The notes under the pieces were generated by a model, which was not told where the DNA came from, did no database searches, and saw only the letters and a program-made list of their open reading frames with translations. DNA of 64,000 bases. Source: the human T2T-CHM13v2.0 reference genome, Homo sapiens. Below, piece by piece: positions 56,724 to 64,000 of the stretch. The DNA is taken from NCBI RefSeq assembly GCF_009914755.1, contig NC_060929.1. The stretch is one strand, 5' to 3'. The translations under genes were made by a program, and so were the position numbers. Each line of letters starts with the position of its first letter. Positions within the stretch are counted from its first letter, which is position 1.

Positions 56724-57800
56724 ATTCTCTTGGTCACTTGCAGGTTTTGCCACCAAGTTAGTTAAGAAAAAATACTTCCTCTCTTTGCACTTCAGTCTCT
56801 CCATTTGGGAAATCAGGCCATAGGGTGAAAAAACTTGATGTTGTTTGGCAGAGGGCAGGCGCTCTGTAATTTCAGGGTGGTGGTGTTTCTCGTCCTTCTG
56901 CAAGTAGAAATGACTAACATTCATCTGGTTCTCTAAGAGCCAGGTACCAAGCTAAGAGCTTTTCACACACTGTCTTGTGCCATCTCAACAGCCATCATCA
57001 TCCCCACATCACAGTTGAGGAGAGTGAGGCTCCCAGGTTCAATGACCTGCAGGAGGTCACATAGCAGGCATTGGTGGTATGAGGACTGGTATGAGGGGAG
57101 TCAGGCTGCAGTGTCTGCAGTGTCTGTCTGGGTCTTGGATGGTCACTACCTCTGCTGTGAAGAAAGGGAGGAGCCTAAAGATACAAAGGACAAGTGACCT
57201 GGGCCATGAGCAGAACCACAGGGCCTGGGATCTGTGGCCAGCACCACCCCCCTAGCCCGTCCTTGGAAGGAGAGTCCCCTCCTGTCTTGGGATCCTGTCT
57301 CTCCGTGGCAGAGTTGAGAGCTGTTTGTCACAAGAGGGAGGTGAGCAAGCCAGGAGCATGATGGCGATGCTCTCTCTGGCCTCCTACATCTGTTCCACTT
57401 CACCCCAGACAAACCCAGCCAGGATCCAGCCCGAAAGAGATGGCAATGGTGCCTTCTGCCCGAGAAACAAGGAAACCTCGGGCTCCCTGCTCATGGCTTA
57501 TATTGTTGCTAGGATTACTGGAAGCAAAAAAGACAGTTCATCCCTGGAGCCAGTGACTGAAGAATGGATGACAAAATGAGGTCATCTTTCTCTCTAGTCA
57601 AGTCCCTATGCTCAAGACTTTGAATCAGTCTTGATTCACCTCCTCTTTCATGACCGAGTGCCTCTTACGGGCAGAGCACTGTGCTAGGCACTGGGGGTCC
57701 AATGGCAAATACAACAGATGAGACTCCTGCCAACACTGGCCCTGAGTCTGGCAGGGCACAGAGGGGTTGGTAAGGACTCTTAATGTTAAAAGTGACAGAA

Positions 57801-58095
57801 AGGCTGGGTGCAATGGCTCATGCCTGTATTCCTAGCACTTTGGGAGGTCAAGGTGGGAGGATTGCTTGAGCCCAGGAGTTCAAGACCAGTGTGGGCAACA
57901 CAGGGAGACCCCCATGTCTACAAAAAAAAATAGCCAGGTATGGTGGCACACACCTGTGGCCCCAGCTACTTGGGAGGCTGAGGCAGGAGGGTCACTTAAG
58001 CCCATGAGGTCAAGGCTTCAGTAAGCAGTGATTGTGATACTGTTCTCTAGCCTGTGTGACAGAGGGAGACCCTGTCTCGAAAAGAAATAAATATA
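57801..58095 (+). mobile_element. AluJ
   Basis: Full dimer; TSD aaaagtgaca(g/a)aa. Confidence 0.92.
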
Positions 58096-59647
58096 AAAGT
58101 GACAAAATCATCTTAAACTAGCCGTAGCCGAGAAAAGCCATGGCGGGGGCGGGGGTGAGGGGCTGTCTTCAACAGGCCTGCTTCCAGGTGCTCAAACAGG
58201 TGTCTCTTTCCCTCTCTTGGGACTGCCCTGCTGGGTGCTCGCTGCATTCACGGACAGGCCCTCCCTTACTGTGTGGTGCAGAGGTGATCACTGGCAGCTG
58301 CAGTGTGTTGTCCACTTTGTTCTTCCCCCCAGAGAAAGTGTGTGGCCATCACATCAAGCACCAGCATGTGTGGCGACCATTAAATATATACCCCATTACC
58401 CTGCCCTACACCAGCTCCAGAGCCCAGGAGGTTGGGTGCTCCAGCTGGCCATCCTGGGTCACAGGCCCCAGGTGGAGCAGTTGGGAGGACAGTCCCCAAT
58501 AGGGAGAAGGTGCACTGGACAGGCAAAAACAACAGATGCCCATTGCAGGGAGATTAGACCAGGGACATAATCCTGTGAATAATTAATATTTCACTTCTGG
58601 TAAAAGGCAATGAAGCAAGATGCTGTGTGTAGGTATAAAAGGGTGAGAAGCCCCTGAGGAGGTGGCTCTTAAGGGGACCTGAAGGATGAGTATGAGGTAG
58701 CCAGGCAGAGGGAGGAGTCTATGAGGGGAGTCAATGGGTGTGGTGAGCAAGAAGTGAGTGGAATGAGGTGAGGGTGGAGGGCTGCACGGGGCTCTTGGTC
58801 AGGCCAGAGGACATTCTGAAGTGATGGGCGTGGCCTGCACTGGGATGCTCTCAAAGGACCCAGGAGTGAAGCAGCTTCATCTGAGCAGATGTCTGTCTTC
58901 CTGAGGGTAGTTCACATTCAGAGTCGGCCACCAGGGCATCCTGTGCTGGGCAGGGAAGCCATGGAGTAAACCCACTGACCAAACCCTCCAGACATCCCAG
59001 GAATCTGAGGGCATCCTGGATGCCTCAAGCCTCCCGACATATCAGGGTCACCCTGGTCCCTCAGGAACCTTCAGGCTGATGGCCAGCATGATTGGGGCCA
59101 AAGAAACCAGAGGTCACAGCAAAGAGAAGGATTTGGAAATTTATCATCCACCTGCATAAAGTTAGGTGCCTCTGCCAAGCAGAGCTGGACACAGAGCCTC
59201 ATTAGCTAATGCAAGTTTAATATGAAGACAAGGAAGCTGGATGCCGACCTGATCAACTGCCCGGGAGACGTTCAGAAATAGAGCAGGGTAAGGTGTCCCA
59301 CCTGCTCAGGGCCACTGCACCACCTGAAAGGCAGAGGGCAGCCCAGCAGCGACCTGGGCAATACCCGCCAGGCAAAAGCATCACTTCCACATCAATCACT
59401 TTGTATAAAGGAAGAGTTATTGTTATGGGATGCTGGCGCCTGATCAATATCTCCTGCTTTGAAAATAAACTTCTTGGTTTGGCCTTGACATTAATCTACC
59501 ATCAGGAGCCCATTATCTCGAGACCAATGTTCTGTTCTATTGACTGGCTGGATTTTTTTTTCTCCCCCAAGATCAGAATATAATTGCATTTCTCCAGGCA
59601 GCACTTCCAATAATTGCAGCCCTGTGCACATCCCCTCTCGGGAGGGC

Positions 59648-59902
59648 CAGAGTACATCAGGGCTGGGGATGGAGACAGCAGGAAGTAGTGGGGGACAAAG
59701 GACCTTTTAGGAGCCAGGTGGAAGAGCAAGCCCTTCTAGAGCCCCTGAATTAATCAAGATGTGAAGCCCAATCCCCACGACCTCATCGAGCAGTTCCAAC
59801 TGAAAAGAGCACTTTTGCACAGAATCTGGTTTGCAGATGTCCCCATTCCTGCCCCCCATTCCACAAATGAGAGACTATGGTAGCGAGATTCATAATAATG
59901 TC
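59648..59902 (+). repeat. Copy 2 of a ~255-bp local direct duplication
   Basis: Aligns to 56470-56723. Confidence 0.93.
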
Positions 59903-60444
59903 CTGAATCCAGCTGTGTCCCCCCATCGCCTCAGCACCCCTCACCCAGGGTCAGGACGGTCTCATATCAGGACGACTGCAAGAGCCTCCCGGGCCTACTC
60001 TCCCTGAGGCCTGCCCCATCAGGCTGTTCTCCACCCCACTGGCAGAGTCATCTTTGTAAGATGTAAGTGGATTGTGTGTCTCCCTCACTGAAGACCTTCT
60101 GTGAAGACTCCTTGTTCTGCCCCGTGAGGGCCCTGCGGGAGCCCTGCCCGCGTCTCTGGCCTCCCCTCCCATCCCTCTTCCCCTTTCTCCCTCTGCTCCT
60201 GCCCTGGCTTTCTTTTTGATTATGCCAAGCTTGGCCCTGCCCTGGTGCCTTTGCACTTGCTCTTCTCCCACCCGTTCCCTTGCCTTTACTTTCACCTTCT
60301 TGGTTCCACCTCAAACATCCCTTCCGAAGTGAGGCTTTCCCTGACTGGGGAGCATAAAGTAGCATCTCTCACATCCCATACACCCCTACAACGAATCTAT
60401 GCAATGGCCCTGCTCTGCCATCGCCACCTGAAACCATCTCCCAT

Positions 60445-60935
60445 GTTAGTTACCTATGCCAGGAAAAATTACCCCCAGAATCCATCTTAACACAATACAC
60501 AGTTATGATGGCAGCGCTTCCCTAGGCCAGGGATTTGGGAGTGGCTTGGTTTGATAGCTCCACCTTGGGTCTCGCATAGGAGAATAGTCAGGCCATGAGC
60601 CAGGGCCGCAGTCATCTGCAGGCTTGACTGTGACCACGACCTCTGCTTCTTGGTGGCTCACTGACCTGGCTGGCAAATTAGTGCTGTGGGCAGGAGGCCT
60701 CAGCTCTCACCGCATGGACCTCTCCACAGCATGGCTGGGGTGTCCTCAAACATGGCAGCTGGCTCCTCCAAAGCCAGCGGTCCCACAGAGAAAGGTGGAA
60801 GCCACGGCATCTTTATGACCGTCATTTCTGCAGTATCCTGTGGGTTACACAGGTCAGTCCTCATGTGACTCACTGGGAGGCATCTACACAGGGGCACAAA
60901 TACGAGGAGGCAGGGATTGTGAGGCCACTTCGGAG
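60445..60935. mobile_element. MLT1-type LTR
   Basis: tgttagttaccta...gcagtcatctg...ggcctcagctctc...ctcaaacatggcagctggc. Confidence 0.65.
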
Positions 60936-61087
60936 GCTGGGGCCTCGGCTGACTGATTCACTGCTGTGTCCTGAGTATGCACCAGATCTTGTGCTAAACC
61001 CTTTTACACACAATATCTCATCTTCCAGTCCTGCCTCCTCTATTTCTTTACAGGAAACTGAGTCTCAGAGAAGTTAAGTACCTTAAT

Positions 61088-61231
61088 CAAAGTCATAAAG
61101 TGGGTAAGTGGCTGAGCCAGGATTCAAACCCAGGCCTGCCAAGGAGGGTCTGTGTAGGCCAAAGTCATCAAGTGGGTAAGTGGCTGAGCCAGGATTCAAA
61201 CCCAGGCCTCCCAAGGAGGGTCTATGTAGGC
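61088..61231 (+). repeat. 72-bp tandem duplication at a MIR 3' end
   Basis: Units 61088-61159 and 61160-61231 differ at 3 positions. Confidence 0.95.
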
Positions 61232-62044
61232 TGGGCCCCTCAGTGGGTATGAGTCAGTATTGGCTGTACATGTTCACATTCCCAAGTTGCTATCAGACCA
61301 GTGGGCAAACTCAGGAGCTCTCTGTGATGTCAAATACTCCTCCCTGGGAGAGGGAGGCAAAGAGAACCATCAGATCCCACACTGCGGCAAGACCCAGCTG
61401 CACAGCCTAGCAAGCCAGACTCAGAGAAGGCAGGGCAGGGAGGCTGACGGAACTGCTCAGGGAGACCCAGCGAGAGGCTCATAGATCCAGGAGGAAAATA
61501 AATATGTGACAGTAAATCTACGGAACCTGTGTGCCACCTTGACTACTTATGCTGTGGCTGATGTCACTTTGTGATCACCATGGTCTTTCCCACTGATCCC
61601 CCGATGCCACCCTAGAATTCTCAACACAGCACTCCATAGTGGATTAGAGCTCAGATTCTGAAGTCAGCTAAAACAGGGTTTAAATTTTGGCTCCACCACT
61701 TACTCTGTGACCTGAGTCACATTTCTTAGCTTCTCTGAGCCTCCATTTCAGCATCTGTAAAATGTTACTACCTACTTTATAGGTTTTCTGATGAGGCTTA
61801 AGTGTGGTTGTGCATGTGACCATCTTAGCATAGTGTGTGGCAATGGTAAGCACTCAGTGCTGTCAGCTGTTTTTACCGCTGTTATTATATTACTGTGTTT
61901 TCCCATGTCATTAGGTCTGTGATCCAGGCTTCAGCAGACAATCCAGGCTGATGCTTTTGCTGAGTGCACTAAGGGATGCTGGCCTGGCGGGATGGTGAAC
62001 TGGAAGCAGAAACGTCATCCTCTCTCTTCCTTCTTGCCATGCAG

Positions 62045-62152
62045 GTGTGGATGTGTGGGGGCCGCATGGAGGACATCCCCTGCTCCAGGGTGGGCCATAT
62101 CTACAGGAAGTATGTGCCCTACAAGGTCCCGGCCGGAGTCAGCCTGGCCCGG
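62045..62152 (+). CDS. GALNT10: GALNT10 internal coding exon (probably exon 8, 108 bp): [36 protein letters not shown]
   Basis: Pyrimidine tract and atgcag acceptor, CGG|gtaagg donor; WMCGG...[10 protein letters not shown] motif; phase 0 at both ends. Confidence 0.97.
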
Positions 62153-62994
62153 GTAAGGTGGTGGCTTTCCTTGGCGGGTAGAAGGGGTTGGCCTAGGACC
62201 ATCAGCTGCACTGAGGCACCCTGGGGCCCTAGACTGTGTTATGTGATCTCTGGGTTTGAGGATGTGCCTCCCATTCTCCAGGTGAAATCTGATTTAAAAG
62301 AACTCCCTTAAATCCCTACTTAACCATTCATTGCTATGTGACCTGGGGAGGGTTGCTTAAGTCCTCTGAACCTGTGTTTCCTCCTTTGTTTAAAGAGAGC
62401 TAATTCTTTCCAACTCCCAGCATTGCCAGGAGAATTAAGGAGGTGATACTGTTTCCCAGAGTGTGACAGAGGAGACGATCTTAGGCAGCAAACACAGGAA
62501 TGTTTTCTTGTTCATGTGTTTAAGTTAATGTGGATTCTAAATTAATGTGTATTCGTGTAGCTAACCTGTAATTTCACAGATATTATTACTTAGCATACAG
62601 CTAAAGTAGGTGCAAAGTTAGACCAGAGGTGATGTAAAAAAACATGTTAGATAAATATTAATACAGGTGGTGTGGTGTGGTGTGTTTGGGAAAGCTTGCG
62701 TACTAAATTTCTGGAGGGGAAGTGGGCTTCATAAATGTCAGTGTCTTTCTCTTCTCCTCACCCCCTGTCTACTCTTACTGCCAAAACCTCTGCATGTCAA
62801 ACTGTTTCATTGCCTTAAAATGGTTTCTATCAATCATTGCTTCAATTAAATTGGCCACTGGCTGCAAATGGAAATCTGTCAGCCAGAGTTTGTTTTTGGT
62901 TTGGATATTAAATGTATTCGGAAAAAAATAAATAAATCCAGGTGACCACAAAAGAAAAATGAAGAGGAGGGAGGGTCCCCAGAGGATAGAAAGA

Positions 62995-63520
62995 GCCTTG
63001 CGGGGAAGCTGGAAAGGACCCCCGCACAGCTTTCCCTCCGGGGAGCCTGTGAGCCCCGCCCCGGCCAGGAGACCCCGGTGCTGGCCGGGTTGGCATTAGA
63101 CCGCACTGCCTCCTGTCCAGGGCGCTGCCTCCTCCTCCACTTGACAACCTTGACGTGTAGAATTGCAGCCCCCGGGACCTAGAAGAGCGTTGTCCTGTGA
63201 CTTACAAGGAAAGCCGAGAGGCTCAAAGAGGCCGCGCGTCTCCCTGAGAGCCATCAGTGGGTGGGAGCTGAGCTCCGGGAAGCGTCAGGGGCCGCGTGGA
63301 GGGAAAGGAGAGCCGGCAGTGCCCTCCAGTGGTAGCAGAGCCTAACGACGCCCTCACCAGCCATCCGCGCTGCCCACAGCCCCATCCGACACGGGCGGGG
63401 GGTAGGTTCTAGGTTCAGTCCCTTGAAGCAGGAATCGCGTTCTTCTGAAAGGCCATTTGGCGATCCCTGAGGAGGGTGCCAGGCAGGAAAAGCGCACGCT
63501 CTCTCGGTACGCCCAAGACT
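62995..63520. promoter_or_regulatory. GC/CpG-enriched intronic element with a GC box and a CTCF-like motif
   Basis: Many CpGs outside any Alu; ccccgcccc at ~63054-63062; cagtgccctccagtggta at 63317-63334. Confidence 0.5.
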
Positions 63521-63624
63521 GAGACTCTTCCGGCTACAAGGGACCATGGGGACACTCCAACTCCAGACCAGGAGCAACCCTAAAGCATTCTTTTCCTCTG
63601 CAGAGCTGTTGTTGATAAGGCTCA

Positions 63625-63792
63625 CCTAAAAATAAAAATAGCCGGGCGCAGTGGTGTGTGCCTGTAGTCCCAACTACTCAGGAAGCTGAGGTGGGAAGAT
63701 CACTTGGGCCAGGGAGGTCGAGGCTGCAGTGAGCTGTGTGTGCCACTGCACTCCAGCCTGGGTGACAAAACGAGACCATGTCTCAAAGAAAG
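63625..63792 (+). mobile_element. Alu right monomer (FRAM/AluJ) followed by (GTT)n
   Basis: gccgggcgcagtggtgtgtgcctgtagtcc...ccagcctgggtgac. Confidence 0.85.
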
Positions 63793-64000
63793 TTTGTTGT
63801 TGTTGTTGTTGCTGTTGTTTTTTTTTTTTAAAAGGCCCACCTGATAAAGAGACATTACCGCCTCCTGCTTGTTATAGAGCCATTATTATAGATTAATTCA
63901 GTGGATAAGAGCTAACTGTAGTAATACTTATAAAAATTCCCTTCGAGCCAGGCATGCAAAGCATTTTACTTATCTCACTTAATTCTCACTTGTTTTTAAC

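Overview
Primate (very probably human) genomic DNA lying entirely inside the GALNT10 gene (polypeptide N-acetylgalactosaminyltransferase 10, + strand). Four internal coding exons (34198-34383, 38381-38564, 44246-44363, 62045-62152) have canonical AG/GT sites and compatible phases. They encode the GT-A catalytic core (DSH metal-binding motif and Gal/GalNAc-T motif). The rest is intron containing the MIR1294 hairpin, a 7SL pseudogene and many Alu, L1, L2, MIR, MaLR/ERV and hAT fossils; almost all ORFs in the supplied track are spurious. I found no new multi-gene system. The most unusual signals are a strongly G-depleted ERV1 fragment that looks APOBEC3-hyperedited (47140-48536), two tiny TSD-flanked poly(A) retro-insertions, several local duplications (36, 72 and ~255 bp), possible truncated GALNT10 isoforms and homeobox-rich repeat-free blocks that may be enhancers. 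Repeat family names and boundaries come from visual recognition and are approximate.
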